DNA from: Octopus sinensis
Taxonomy: Eukaryota
Length of the DNA stretch: 64,000 nucleotides
Direction of reading: 5' to 3'
Assembly (NCBI RefSeq): GCF_006345805.1
Contig: NC_043000.1
Span: 116,684,001-116,748,000, forward strand
In this document: positions 50,383-64,000 of the stretch, one piece after another
How the letters are laid out: each line of letters starts with the position of its first letter
How positions within the stretch are numbered: position 1 is the first letter of the stretch
Made by a program: the position numbers and the translations under genes
The notes under the pieces: model-generated
The model's input: the letters and a program-made list of their open reading frames with translations, nothing else
The model's database searches: none
What the model was told of the DNA's origin: nothing

Positions 50383-50624
50383 TTTATATATGTATATATA
50401 ATATATATATATATATATATGTAGATATATATATGTATACGTATGCATCTATATGTATATATATATATATATATATAATATATATATATATGTATGTATG
50501 AGTATGTATAACATATTTGCTTTACTAGCACCCAGAGGCACTTTAAATCATTCCCAAAACTGTTAGAAACATGTACATACACACCACACCCACACATACC
50601 CACACACACATATATGCCAATATA

Positions 50625-50655
<31 letters not shown>

Positions 50656-50706
50656 ATCTATATATATATTTTTATGTAATATATATATATATATATATTT
50701 ATATGT

Positions 50707-50740
<34 letters not shown>

Positions 50741-51162
50741 ATAATAATATATATATATATATATATATATTATAATATATGCATACATAATACATACGTG
50801 TGTGGCTCTATATTCACACGCTTGTCTGTACTTGGGCCTGTGAGATTCAAATTGTCTGTGCGTAATTATGTGAAAATACTCAATATAGATCGTACAGTTT
50901 AAATAATATATTGTAAGATTGCAGCCTTGTGTTTTACTGTTTGCATAGTAGAATATCATTTCTCGGGATCCATTGCAATGCTCCTCAAATATATTACACT
51001 ACGCCATCTTTATGAATGTTGTGCTTCTGCATATGTGCTGTTTTTATATGTATGTACAAATATGCATTGATATGAAAATGATTCTAGTGTTGTATTTAGT
51101 TGTTTGTGAAAGCGAAAAAGTTTCGGATATACATATGTACATGCATACATGCATAGCTTTTA

Positions 51163-51540
51163 CCTTTTACTTGTCTCAGGCATTATACTGCGGCCACGTT
51201 GGGGCACCACCTTCAAGAATCTGTAATCGATTGAATTGACCCCAGTGCTGTTTCAAAGCCTGGTATTTTTTCTGTCGACTCCGCTTGCCGAACCTCTAGG
51301 TTACGAAGATGTATACACACCATCGCTAGTTGTCAATCGGGAGTGGGGAAAACACAGGCAGAAATGCTCACGCGGGCACACACACACACAAACACACACA
51401 TACACACGCAAACAAACACACGCACATATACATGTATACGTCGGGATTCTTTCAGTTCCCTCCTATAAAATCCACTGACAAGTTCTTACTCGGCACTAGG
51501 TTATAGTCGAAGACCCTTGCACAAGGTGCTACCCAGTGGA
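51163..51540 (-). mobile_element. SINE family S1, old diverged copy
   Basis: Degenerate reverse-complement match. Confidence 0.7.
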
Positions 51541-51629
51541 ATTATTGCACAGTCTTTGATGAGATCTTAACGTGTATAAATACACTCACATTCATATATA
51601 TGTATGCATATATATGAGCGGGTAGGGAT

Positions 51630-51668
<39 letters not shown>

Positions 51669-51739
51669 TAAATGTAACCACATGTGAATCGTTGACGATT
51701 TTATTTCCTCCATTTTCCTTTTCTATTGGACTTTCGTCT

Positions 51740-51774
51740 GTTTCTGAAGAAGAGGTTTGCTCGAAACGTATAAC
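51740..51774 (+). ncRNA. Minimal hammerhead motif in an element spanning about 51670-51812
   Basis: guuu-CUGAAGA-a-GAG-guuug-CUC-GAAA-c-GUA-uaac; homolog of 7839-7872. Confidence 0.58.
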
Positions 51775-53417
51775 CACCTTCCTTTCCTTCTCTGAGCGTC
51801 TGCTAATACTTTAGGTATTCCAGTAACGGTATTTATTTATGGGATATGTGTACAAAAATGCCATAGGAATTTTATATAACGTAAGCATAAAATTAATGGG
51901 AACAATTACCACAGTATTTAATATTACCATTTCAGGGCTATGTTACTTTCGGAATATTTTCCCATTATGCATAGTCTTTGCTATTTATGGAGGCACCCAA
52001 AGAAACCTGCGTATCTCGGGAATCCGTGGTCCGATTTACGCGAAACATTCAAAACATTTTCCTATTATGCGCCGGTTAAGCTGTATTAAATTACAGACAA
52101 GCACGCACGCACATAAGCAAGCAATCACAGAGTTTTAGTAGCCATTTGATTATTGTAACTTCGTCATTACATTTATATCATTACATGTTTATGATTTTTT
52201 AGCTCAAATAGAAGACGTTAATGAGATTAATCTATTTGTGGCCACCTCGTCAAAATTGCTTTAGTTATAAGATGGTTCTGAAGCCAAAACTTACCAAATC
52301 AGTAGATGATCGTATATAAAATAAGTCTTATTATAAAAAATTCTGTTTAAGAAATCCCCTCTTCTGTCAAATCAGAGATGCAGCCACAAACTATGAAAGA
52401 ATACCTATGTGTGTATCTACAGCTTAAAAAAACCCTCTTGCCTTACGTAGGTTTATTGCTATTGACATTTATCATTTGTTATTATTATGCCATTATCTTC
52501 GCATGTTCTGTGATCTTTTATTTGCAGGCGTACTTTTGATTTCTACGTTAATCTTACGTATCATCCTCTCAATTTTTGGCTTCATTGTTAGTTTTCGCCA
52601 AATTATTTATTACTTTATTGGGTATTTAATCTTTAAGCAAACACGCTCACACTGTTCGTCCTTTGTTCGTCCATTTCTCTACTGCTTGTTGTGCATAAAT
52701 TCATTTACATAAAATTTGCTTTTACGTGAAATTCATTTACTTCGTTATGGTTTTAGTCAAATATGCTATATTATATTTTTCTGTACGAAAATGAAAGATT
52801 TACTTGAAATTCAAATTTTAAATACATTGGATATTATGTATGGTAATTTTATTAATAAATTTAATGATTTTTGATTACAAAGATACAGCTTTGCCTGCAA
52901 AAAAAGAAAAGAGTGACCTAGTAGAGAAAATACTGATGCAGGCGTTAATTGAATCTAATTCACGAAAAAAGTGGAAGCTTAAAAATATTGCAGCCGAAGA
53001 TATTTTTTTTCTTTAAGAAATAATTAAACATTTGCAGAAACTTAAATACTAATGATTTAAGAGCTTTGAATTTGATTGACAAGATTATTAGATTAACTCA
53101 CGAGGTTTTTTTTCTTCTCTTTATAAATATTCACACATCACATTAAAAAAAGAAAATGATAATATTCATATTCTAAATTCATTGCAATATTCTTAGTCCT
53201 TCCATTTTTGTTCCGCAGTGTTTCCCAGTTTACTTAATTCAGTATGTTTATTATTCCTGCACCCGCTCTTGTCCTGTTCATCTTTAAATTTATGATCTCA
53301 ACTTTAAATTTATGATATCACTAACATCTTTCAATGATATCTTGCTTTTTCCTTCCACTTCCGCTATGACTCTGTATATGCGTATGTGTGTGCTTGTGTG
53401 TTTGTTTGTTTTCTGTG

Positions 53418-53458
<41 letters not shown>

Positions 53459-53782
53459 TGAGCATGTGTGCGCGTGTTTGCGCGCGTGTGAGCGCGTGCT
53501 TGATTAACTCTACGATTGTGTTCAAGTTGAATAATTTGTTCTAGATTTTTTCATATTTTTATACCATTTTACAGCTAGTTCCGAATGAGAAAGTTTCTTA
53601 GTTTCTTTTTTCGACGCTTCAAGACTTTCACAGGCTCATTTTCAAGAACTGAATATTTTTGTGTTGTGTTCATATTCTGGTTGAATTCGTATAAACTTTT
53701 CCGCCAACATTTTACCATTTCTAGCAACTTTAAATACTCTTCCATTCTTGAATTTGTTTCCATTCATCTGATCCCAACTTGT

Positions 53783-54077
53783 TCCTTCTCGAGCCATGCC
53801 TGGCTCATAAGGGCCGGTTTCCCGGTTTCCTTTGCGTATAGGTTCCCCACCTGGACGGGGCGCCGGTCCGTCACAGGTGAGCTGCAAGATGCAGGAGGAA
53901 AGAGTGAGAGACAGTCGTGGCGAAAGAGTCAGCAGAAGTTCGCCATTCGCCTTCTGCTGGAGCCGCGTGGAGCATAGGTGTTTCGCTCATAAACACACAC
54001 ACCGCCTGTCCTGAATTTGAAGCCGCGATCCCTCGACCACGAGTCCGCTGCTCTAACCACTAGGCCATGTGCCTTCA
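53783..54077 (-). mobile_element. tRNA-derived SINE (S3 head, alternative tail)
   Basis: Minus-strand head ggcacatggcctagtggttagagcagcggactcg; tail shared with 31350. Confidence 0.83.
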
Positions 54078-54971
54078 CACTTGTCCCGACTTAAGGAATA
54101 ATGAGATTTCGATTGAAGACGACCTTGTTTTCCATATTCGCCAAGTAGAATGCTGTGCCTGTGTGCCCGAGGGAGAAACCTGTAACCACACCATCGTTTC
54201 ATGTATGGATTACCTTATGGAGAGTGGAAGGCGACTTCCGTTATACAGGATATCAGAAACTTTTACATAATATTTCATGCAATAGCCACTAGTCCTTTTA
54301 CAATGTATGTACACTCTGTCCAATGTATTCATTGATAGTTTCCGTTTCTTTGGCGCTGGCAAAAAGACACTCGATAAAACATATTAGAAAGTTTTGCCAA
54401 AATTGTCACTTTTCTATAGAATTTCTATAAATACATCAGCCGTTTGAATACTCTATTTTGTTAAATAAATATTTGTACATTATGTTTCAAGACTTTGGCC
54501 GATTTTTGTGTGGGTACGGTGATTTGCTAAATTTGGGATCAGAGAATATTATCAGGAGGGTACGACTTATTCAAGCTTTAGAGGTAGTAATTAATTATTC
54601 AACTTAATTTTAGTTAAACTGTATTAAATATCTTCATTTTCATGAGCTTCTGATCATTTATTTACGTAGCATATTCATCATTATCAAACTTACTGATCCC
54701 GTTGGTCTTATCCATTCTACAAATTACAATGGCTTCATTAAGTTTCTGTTCCTGTGGATCGAGCTTGAAGCTCTGTTTTATGTGTGTTTTTCTCTGTTGG
54801 GTTGCCGTTACTGTTTGTTGACTTCACACGTAAATATATCTCGCAGGTTGTCGTTTTTTTTTTTTCAGTTACGTATACAAGTTACACAGACACACACATA
54901 CATACACAGACATATACGCAGATATACACACACATAGACAAAAACGTTTTATATTATGCATACATAAATAA

Positions 54972-55010
<39 letters not shown>

Positions 55011-55058
55011 TTATATAGATATATATATTATATATATGTGTGTGTGTATATTATATAG

Positions 55059-55093
<35 letters not shown>

Positions 55094-55114
55094 ATATCTA
55101 TACATATACGTATA

Positions 55115-55147
<33 letters not shown>

Positions 55148-55243
55148 GCATATGTATCTATCTATCTATATATATATTATATATATATGTATGCATATCT
55201 ATATATGTATTGTATTTATATATATATATATATATATATATAG

Positions 55244-55315
<72 letters not shown>

Positions 55316-56157
55316 ATATTTATAAACAAATATACGTATGTATATATATATATTATATATATATATATATAATATATATTATGTGTGTGTGTGGTGTGTG
55401 TGTGTGTCTTATGTATGTTTATAGCAATTCACCATGCTGGAAAAGAAATGGAAATATGTAATAGACAGCAAAAACAGTAGGAGACTGTATGTAGAAAAAG
55501 TACATCACCAATATCTGAAAATCGAAAATCGACATAACAACGACGTCGACATATGGAAAAAGAAAACAGCTTACGAATTAGCACAAGAAAAGATAACGAC
55601 GTAGACAGGCCCTCAAGCAGTCAATATTAGAATTCAGCGAAAGAAACTGGTAAAACATAATGAAGTATATCAACCACTGTAAATACCGAGAATATAAAGT
55701 TTTTCCCCTGAAATCACAGTCTGGTGTAACACAAGAAACTTACAATCATTTCTGCCATTTAACGGCAGATCTCTTACTTTGAAAATTTCACGTTACGTTG
55801 GTCGTCACATGTATGTTTGTGGTTTCTAAATGTGCGATTTTACGTTGAGAGAAACAGGCTCCAATCTGATGAAATCTGTACAAACCTAATACAAGATATA
55901 ATGTTAATGGCAATGCAAACATTATATCTGAAATTCATGCATGAGACTCGCATATATGTTAGGTTCTCCTTACTATGCATTTAGAAGGAAATAATGTAGC
56001 ACATTAATATCACTGCACACGAAACAAAATAGTAAAAATATGGTGTTGACATCATTATAATATTGTAAAGAATTTTCCACTATACAAATATAATTGTATA
56101 TATAACTCAGTCGTGGCTGTAAGGTAAGAGGCTTGCCTCCCAACAACACGGTTCCGG

Positions 56158-56338
56158 CGCCTTTCGTAGAAGCTTTCGCCCGCTTCTTAGGACAGAGTGA
56201 CCCGTGCTCGACCGCCGTTGGCATGGAGCCCTTGTCCACTTCGGTCTTCGAAGGTCTCGTTCGAACATTTGCTATTACCACCAAGACGTACACCCGCGGC
56301 TTCCATGTGCGCCGCGGCGCCCTCTTACTCGACCGGGC
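56158..56338 (-). pseudogene. 28S rRNA internal fragment
   Basis: + strand cttaggacagagtgacccgtgctcgaccgccgttggcatggagcccttgtccacttcggtcttcgaaggtctcgttcgaacatttgctattaccaccaaga aligns with the antisense of the conserved LSU segment TCTTGGTGGTAGTAGCAAATATTCAAACGAGAACTTTGAAGGCCGAAGTGGAGAAGGGTTCCATG, with an internal deletion. Confidence 0.88.
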
Positions 56339-56353
56339 ATCGGAAAACTAAGA

Positions 56354-56460
56354 CTCGAAACGTTAAAGACCTTTTCACTTCTTGAGCGTTATAATAATAC
56401 ATCTGTTTTGTTGTCTACACCATCTGTCTTCGTCTTTTGTGTTTTGTGAAGTCCCTCCTA
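56354..56460 (+). mobile_element. 3' half of an HHR-bearing element
   Basis: ctcGAAAcGTT...tgagcgt...taatac as at 7858-7910 and 51760-51810; ends in (TA)n. Confidence 0.62.
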
Positions 56461-56461
56461 T

Positions 56462-56511
<50 letters not shown>

Positions 56512-56513
<2 letters not shown>

Positions 56514-56604
56514 CGTGTTTTTAACGTAATACAAAAAAATGAATTAATCATCGTGCTTCTGGATGTTTCTGTCTTTTGTACTGTGTCGTTCTTTATATAT
56601 ATAT

Positions 56605-56642
<38 letters not shown>

Positions 56643-56679
56643 GGGAGAGTTTACGAAAAAAACGAAAGACGAAAACAGG

Positions 56680-56710
<31 letters not shown>

Positions 56711-56741
56711 CTGTTTTCGTCTTTTTTTTTTCGTAAACTGT

Positions 56742-56777
<36 letters not shown>

Positions 56778-56855
56778 AACGACACAGTACAAAAAACAGA
56801 AACATCTAGAAGCACGATGAATTAATACATTTTTGTATTACGTTAAAAACACGCT
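56512..56855. repeat. Imperfect 344-bp palindrome centred on (TA)n
   Basis: Outer arms 56512-56594 / 56773-56855, inner arms 56642-56678 / 56710-56746, with intervening TA tracts and several mismatches. Confidence 0.9.
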
Positions 56856-57353
56856 GACTGAGTAAACCATTAAAACAATGACATTTAAAAAAAAAAGAAA
56901 AAGGATGTTACGTCACATGAACGATTTAAATCAATGACGGTCACTGATCAGAAACATTTTAAACAAGAAGGAACTACACGAAGCAGACCGGTTACTATAG
57001 CAACACCAATCTGCGCATGTCCCATTCCTCCTTCCTACACCCCCACCCCCTGAATAACTACTTTTCTACCCTTCGTTTTTCCAAATGTTCTGAAGAAGAG
57101 GTTGTAGCCCCAGAATATAGAAACATACGGTAAACCTACAGCCTTGTTTCCTTTTCTGTTTCCTTCTGTATTTTACGTTGTACCTTCCCATATTATTTCT
57201 TGCTTACACAACAAATTTCTTTAAAGTATAGTTAAATGCTTGATGTTTCTTAGGGGTAGACTGATTCATAAAAAAAAACCCTAGAAAAACACAGTTTCGC
57301 CTTTGATAAACAAACAGCATAGAAGTCTGATCGCAGCCGTATGGAACGGCACA

Positions 57354-57806
57354 AGGCGGCGAGCTGGCAGAATCGTTAGTACGCTGGGCGAAATGTTTAG
57401 TGGTATTTCGTCTGCCGCTACGTTCTGAGTTCAAATTCCGCCGAGGTTGACTTTGCTTTTCATCCTTTTGGGGTCGATTAAATAAGTACCAGTTACGCAC
57501 TGGGGTCGATGTAATCGACTTAATCCCTTTGTCTGTCCCTGTTTGTCCACTCTGAGTTTAACTCCTTTGTGAGTTGTAAAGAAATAGGTATTTCGTCTGC
57601 CGCTACGTTCTGAGTTCAAATTTCGCTGAGGTCGACTTTGCCTTTCATCCTTTCGGGGTCGACAAATTATGTACCAGGTGCCTACTGAGGTCGATCTAAT
57701 CGACTGGCCCCCTCCACCCAAAATTTCAGGTCTTGTGCCTAGAGTAGAAAAAAAAAGAATAAAATAAACCTCTGTGTTTAGCCCCTTAAGGGTAGTAAAG
57801 AAATAG
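57354..57806 (+). mobile_element. Composite S2 SINE insertion
   Basis: 15-bp TSD gtatggaacggcaca at 57339-57353 and 57807-57821 encloses a monomer, a truncated monomer and an extra tail. Confidence 0.88.
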
Positions 57807-58252
57807 GTATGGAACGGCACATTTCCTTGTGGATTTTATAGAATGGTCAATGCAAAACTGCAGTAAACTACTTATAGCTAAATAGAACAAATTATTGGAA
57901 AGAAGGTTTTCAAACTATTAATTTAAAGTTGGAGAATATTGTAGACATCATTGGGCAGAGATAGCATATAATTAAGATTAATATGTGAGATATATTTAAT
58001 CATTATTTGTTGATAAAGATTAATTACTCGAAATTATCTTCTTATTTCTATTTCAATTTCCATTTCATTTTTAATTTGCTGATTGTCTGACTTGATTACT
58101 ATCTAATCTCTCTTGTTAATATGTTGGTCATTAGTCGCCGCTTGAGTCATTGGTTATAAATATTGTTATTGTCGTTCGGTTAGTTACACAGAAATTATTG
58201 TTCTTATTAGTGTTTCTCTAGTGCTACCCCATCTGTTATAGTTATCTTTCTT

Positions 58253-58885
58253 TGAAGACGTATGGCTTAGTGGTTCAGGTATTCGACCTACGATTGTATG
58301 GTCGTGGGTTCATTCCTGCCGGCGCGTTGTGTCCCTGAAAAGGGCACTTTATTTCAGGTTGTTCCAACCCACACAACTAGCAAAACTGAATCGCTCCTGT
58401 ATTTCAAAGGGCCAGCTTTGTCATACACTGTGTCACGCTGAATCTCCTTGAGAACTGCATGAAGGCATGGGTGTATGAAGGGTGCTCAGGCATTTGCATA
58501 TTATTTTCAGGCACAGGCTGTTCCAGAGATCGGATCAACTGGAATTCTCGAATTCGTAACCGATGGATTGCTTCTCCTTTTATCATTGTCTTCATCGTTT
58601 TAATCGTTTTTTTATAGTTGTAGTTTTCCTCGTTCACGTAAATGTTGCATATTTTATATAGAAGATTGTTGTCATCAAAAGCGTCCCTGCAGTTAATGCT
58701 TTCTGCTGCGATTCTTGAAAGAGTACAGAGGGGTTCAACCCCATTCAACCCCACACCCCGCCGGAGCCTCGTGGAGCTTAAGTGTTTTTGCTGAATAAAC
58801 ACTCACAATGCCCGGTCTGGGAATCGAAACCGTGTTCTTACGACCGCGAGCCCGCTGCCCTAACCACTGGGCCATTGCCTCTCCA
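58253..58885. mobile_element. Two SINEs tail to tail (+ 58253-58565; - about 58730-58885)
   Basis: tRNA heads tggcttagtggttc...gggttcattcc (+) and the S3 head (-). Confidence 0.8.
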
Positions 58886-59203
58886 CTGTTGCTGTTGTTG
58901 CTGTTATTGTTAATTGTTTTGTTGCTCTTCTTGAAGTTATTCTCGTTGTTGCTGTTTTTGTTGTTATTCTTACTGCTGCTGTCGTCATCACCGCCATCTG
59001 TTGTTGTTGCTGTTGTTGTTGTTGTAGAGTTGATTATGCTGGAACTACTAGTCGTAACTTTTTCCTTTCATCTTATACCTATAAATGCATTGTTCCAATG
59101 TCCCCCATTTTCCTAAGACCACACAACGTAATTGGAAAATATTTGGCTGTCATTTTGAGGGTCCGAACGATCCTCGTTCACAATTCGTATTATTTTATTT
59201 ATT

Positions 59204-59421
59204 TACTCTTTTACTTGTTTCAGTCATTTCACTGTGGCCATGCTGGAGCACCGCCTTTAGTCGAGCAAATCGATCCCAGGACTTATTCTTTGTAAGCATA
59301 GTACTTATTCTGTCGGTCTCTTTTGCCGAACCACTACGTTACGGAGAAGTAAACACACCAGCATCGGTTGTCAAGCGATGTTGGGGTGACAAACACAGAT
59401 ACATAAACATATACACACACA

Positions 59422-59475
<54 letters not shown>

Positions 59476-59640
59476 TACGACGGGCTTGTTTCAGTTTCCG
59501 TCTACCAAATCCGCTCACAAGGCTTTGGTTGGCCCGAGGCTATAGTAGAAGTTACTTGCCCAAGGTGCCACGCAGTGGGAGTGAACCCGGAACCATGTGG
59601 TTGGTAAGCAAGCTACATACCACACAGCCACTCCTACGCC
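59204..59640 (-). mobile_element. SINE family S1, full length
   Basis: Reverse complement of S1, inserted in (TATT)n. Confidence 0.9.
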
Positions 59641-59932
59641 TATTTATTTATTCATTTATTTATTTACTTCTGTTTTCCATGCCGTTTTGGTTTTGTTTGT
59701 CAGCGTATATTTTTTGTGTTTGATAATAACGATGACGATGAAAATTTTGATGATGATGTGATGCCATCGACAATATTGTTTATTGAGATTGCTACGTACT
59801 CAGCAATTGTAGATTTTATTATTTTCTGTCTTGTTGAATTAAGCTATATTTCAACTCCGAGAAGTTGTGCTGTGTGTTTGGTAAAAAACAAACAATTACA
59901 TAAAACGCGATGAAATAGTATGGGAAACATAA

Positions 59933-60061
59933 AAGAAGAAGAAGAAGAAGAAGAAGAAGAAGAAGAAGAAGAAGAAGAAGAAGAAGAAGAAGAAGAAGAA
60001 GAAGAAGAAGAAGAAGAAGGGGAAGAAGCAGAAGAAGGAGAAATGAAGGAGCAGAATAATG

Positions 60062-60132
<71 letters not shown>

Positions 60133-60143
60133 AAGAAGAAGAA
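59933..60143. repeat. Compound (GAA)n/(TAA)n microsatellite
   Basis: Direct reading. Confidence 0.96.
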
Positions 60144-61107
60144 TGAAAGCAGATTATATATTTCGAAGGAAGCAAGAAAGAAATCAAGGAAGAAATAAGT
60201 CAATAAAAAAGAAAGAAAGAAAGAAAGAAGGAATGTAACGGGAAGAGAAAAGGAAACAACGTAAAAGATATAGGAACAAGAAGATAAAAAAATATAAATA
60301 TCGAAATAAATGCAGAGATAAATAATGAATGCAAAAAAAAAACGGTAGAAAAGGTTATAGAATGTCTGGAGGTTTAACAAAAGCCAGTATTATTAAGGAG
60401 ACAAAGTGAAGTTTATATGGCTAATTAATTGGAAACCAGTATTTATGTCAAGAGATTCACACAGATAAGGATATAAAGAAAAATGATTGGCTTCATTGCA
60501 ATATACTGTATTTCGTATCTTCTTGGATCACTATATAATTTCGTTATATCATGGCGTTCCATTGGCCAGTCAGGTCTATTATTACAATGTAATGGTAAAG
60601 ACATCATTTCAAATGAGACAGTCAATATGTTGGCATAAGGCATTCTTTGTACTGTTTCGTTTTCCTATTGATTTGCTACCGATGTTTAGGACACGGATTA
60701 AGGAAACATGATCGAAGGCTTTCCAAGCCTGAACATTTTAATCTCTTTATTGAGGCACTATTTCTACCATCGTGGGAATGTGTGTAGCTGTGATAGTACT
60801 TGTATCATGATTTCTGGGTCGAATAGCGTTTTGTGTTCTCCAGGAATGAACTTCTTTTGTTGTCGCTCTTCCTTTCTAAATAGAGTGGATATGGTTTCAT
60901 GAAGGTCCGACTGCATATCATAAGACAAGGTGCCTCGTACAGCTTCCATTATTTTCAAGGGACCAGCTGTATTACATCACATTCCAAAGGCATTATTCAC
61001 TGATGATGATCAACAGCCAGATTATTAATTTGTGATAATTATACAAGGCTTTGAATTTGTTAAAGAAAAAAAATCCTCAATAAATGGTTTATGTTTATCC
61101 ACCATTA

Positions 61108-61325
61108 GTAGGCAGCGAACTGGCAGAAACGTTTGCGCGTCGGACAAAATGTTTAGGGCCATTTCTTCCAGCTTTTCGTTCCGAGTTCAAATACCGACGT
61201 ATTTGACTTTACCGTTCATCCAATCTGAGTTGATAAAATAAATACCGGTTAAATACTGGGGTTGATGAAATCGACTACACCCTCTCCCTTTCAGTTTCAA
61301 GCCTCGTGCTTCCACTACAAAGAAT
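61108..61325 (+). mobile_element. SINE family S2, diverged (another at about 62885-63090)
   Basis: ggcagcgaactggcagaaacg...gagttcaaat...ctgggggttgatgaaatcgact. Confidence 0.75.
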
Positions 61326-62149
61326 TAAAAGCTAAACTTGAACTCATTAAGATTTGAACTCCGAAACAATGGTGGAAACGAAGTACTACAATGTATTTGG
61401 TTCGGCATTCTACTGTTTTAGGAAAGCTAACTTCGCCTAAGTGAGCTATATCAATTAAACGTTGCATGATTACAGTACAGTATTAGTTTAAATTGATAAA
61501 TTTTTTTCAGTTTCAAGAAGAATGATATCACTAAAATGTTGGTGTGGTTTTAATTCGTGTGGCTTACTCTAAGACATAAACCAAATCATACAAAAACACA
61601 CGCAAAATATACATTTTCAACTAATAAAATGTGTGGTTAAAGTATAGCACAGACTTAAATTCATTTAACCGTTTTGGCTTCGACAACAATGGTGTCACTA
61701 GCATGCTATGTTGTGCTTTATTCTAAGATATAAACAACACCATACAAGACACACATACCAAAGACATTCTTACACACATACATGAAGAATTCCTCTTATA
61801 TGCACTGATAAGCGTGAAGTAAATATATTCGTTTCAAGTCGGGAATTGTTAAAAACATGGTTGTATTTTAGATTTTTATTTACGACTTAGACTCCATTAG
61901 GTTACGTAAAATCTGATGCATTTAAATATATTTTAAATACTGCCTTTGAAAAGCTATTTGCTTATATGAAGAGTTTTCCCAAACGTTTGGAATAATGGTT
62001 ATTACAAGCAACTATAAAACTACTGATGCCAATGTTTATTTTCAAATTACATGCCTTGAATCCATCCATCCATCCATCTATCCATCCATCCACCTACCTA
62101 CCTACCTACCTGCCTACCTACCTACCTACCTACCTACCTATCTATCTAG

Positions 62150-62205
<56 letters not shown>

Positions 62206-64000
62206 TGTTGCTATTTTGGTATTATCGTACGATTGCCATGTGAGTTAAACCATTCAGAACTGCGAAACCGTCGTCTTTACAACCCAGAAATACCGGGCAA
62301 ATTCATTTACTGAAGGAGTTTGAGACAAAAAGGTTTACTAAGTCTTGAAACGCTGCTCTGTCGCAACATCCACGCTATTCTCATTAATCCAAAATGTTTA
62401 GTTGTAAAATAAAATCCGATTCATAGCGTACCTTATAATCCTGCTTTCAACAACACTAATGGCAGTAAACGTAACCGGTCACGAATTGCAAATCGTTCAG
62501 TTGCAGAAGCTGAGATATAGATGTACACACTTCTCCTCTATTGAATTGAGAAAATTTTCTGTATTATTCTTTCTATACTGCCGATGATGGTATTGTAGTG
62601 GAGTTGAGCTAATCTCGCACGTGCCGTTTCCAATCTTAAAGTTTGGCGTGATGAGTACGCGTATGTCTGTCGATAATTTTTTGGCCGTGGCAAATTAAGT
62701 TAATTCACCATTTTTGTCACCTATGTAATGGTCTGTATCGCTGGATATGTAACAGGTCCGGGAAGTAGGTGAACTGTCTCGGTTGTTAGAACATCTGATA
62801 GAATGCCTCGCGTTCTTTACACTGTTTCTCTGCGCTTTAGGCTCAACTCATGCCGAGGTCAACATTTTCTTTCATTTTCAAAATCAATGAGTTGACAGAC
62901 TCGATAGTACACCGAACGTGATGCTTAGCGGCATTTCTTCCGGCTTTACGCTCAGAGTTCCTTTTCTACCCTGGTCGAGAGTGCCTTCCATCCATTCGGG
63001 ATCTGTAAATAAGTACCAGTTGAACACTGGGAGTCGATGTAATCGACTACACTGCTCCCCTCACCAAATTTCAAGACTTGTGTCTACAGTACAGACAATG
63101 TAAGCACACATACATCATAATAATACTATGAATGCGCGCGCGTGTGTACGCGCGCATGCGCATTACTAAATTCAAGAGTGTTTCAAAAAAATTATGGTAG
63201 TGACTCAAATTTGCTGTAAACTTCAGATTGAATGCCATTTCAAGTTTTGCATATCAGCTTGTTGAATAAGAGAATGTCAATTGCACATGATGAGATTTGA
63301 AATTTCTTTTAAAACTGACAATGAAAAGAATTTTATTTTATTCAAAGTAGTGAAATATCTAAATTGTAAAATGTCAAAATACAGTTTATGTATTTATGTA
63401 GAAAGTTTCTGAAGGTCAGCGGACGAGTAAGTGGAAGAAAAGGTTGCCGAACTGCTAAAGAAAGGAAACTAAAATATAAAGATTAAAAATAATATTTGAA
63501 TATAAATCAGTATTCAGTCAAAACTGAAAAGACACCTTGGCGTAGAAGCTGTTCTCTCATTAAATGAAGAAGCTTTAACAATGTTGTATTGTACAGAATT
63601 TTAATGTATCAGTTGGAATTTAAGAGAAAATCTTTTTTACTTCCTACAACAGTATGAGTTTGTGAATGTATATGCGTGGATAAATTTTAAAAAACATTTG
63701 TATGTTTTTAAGCCAGTACAAAGATTTGTAAAATGTTTATATTAAAAATATTAATTCAAAGCAATCATTTTTTTTTTATCACTGAAAGATCAAAATAATC
63801 AAACTAGGATATTTTATACATTATATATAAAAGGAAAATAGAAATAATGTTTGACTTGTTCTGTGAAATTACAAAAAGCTATAAAGAGATTTTGAAATAA
63901 GCTGAGTCCGTTTTGCAGCCACGTGATTTCGAGTCCTGTCCAGTATACTTTGGGAAAGTGTCTACTACACACCTATGTTAACTAATGACTTTTGAGGAAA

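Noticed and set aside
53548-53763. Splice acceptor (ttttacag at 53574) or the 62-aa minus-strand ORF as a host exon
   Set aside because: No recognisable domain, no convincing donor or partner exon, and the long + frame runs into a SINE.
60440-61010. Degraded Helitron PIF1 helicase or host exon (IPGEHKT, LANGT)
   Set aside because: Only scattered short word matches across frames with many stops; needs BLASTX.

Overview
AT-rich, microsatellite-saturated animal DNA, intergenic or deep intronic. The tRNA-derived SINE families resemble those I recall from octopus, so an octopod origin is inferred, not proven. No host protein-coding exon is supported, and almost all listed ORFs are microsatellite or SINE translations. 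The window is a mosaic of dozens of SINE copies (S1-S3 are my own labels), 5'-truncated LINE ends (three CR1-group, one RTE, one R4/Dong, one ORF1 zinc-knuckle remnant), a Penelope-like (PLE) ORF remnant, two deleted mariners, a deleted pogo/Tigger, a piggyBac MITE, Helitron and Helentron non-autonomous elements, many palindromes and one 100-N gap. The most notable signal is a set of at least six minimal type I hammerhead ribozyme (HHR) motifs in short non-coding elements mostly set in (TA)n tracts. One sits in a 1.45-mer of a 429-bp unit whose end falls 6 nt from the predicted cleavage site, and two copies show stem I covariation. Two of these elements are fused to antisense 18S or 28S rRNA fragments. 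This looks like a retrozyme or PLE-satellite system. All alignments and folds were done by eye, and SINE boundaries are approximate.
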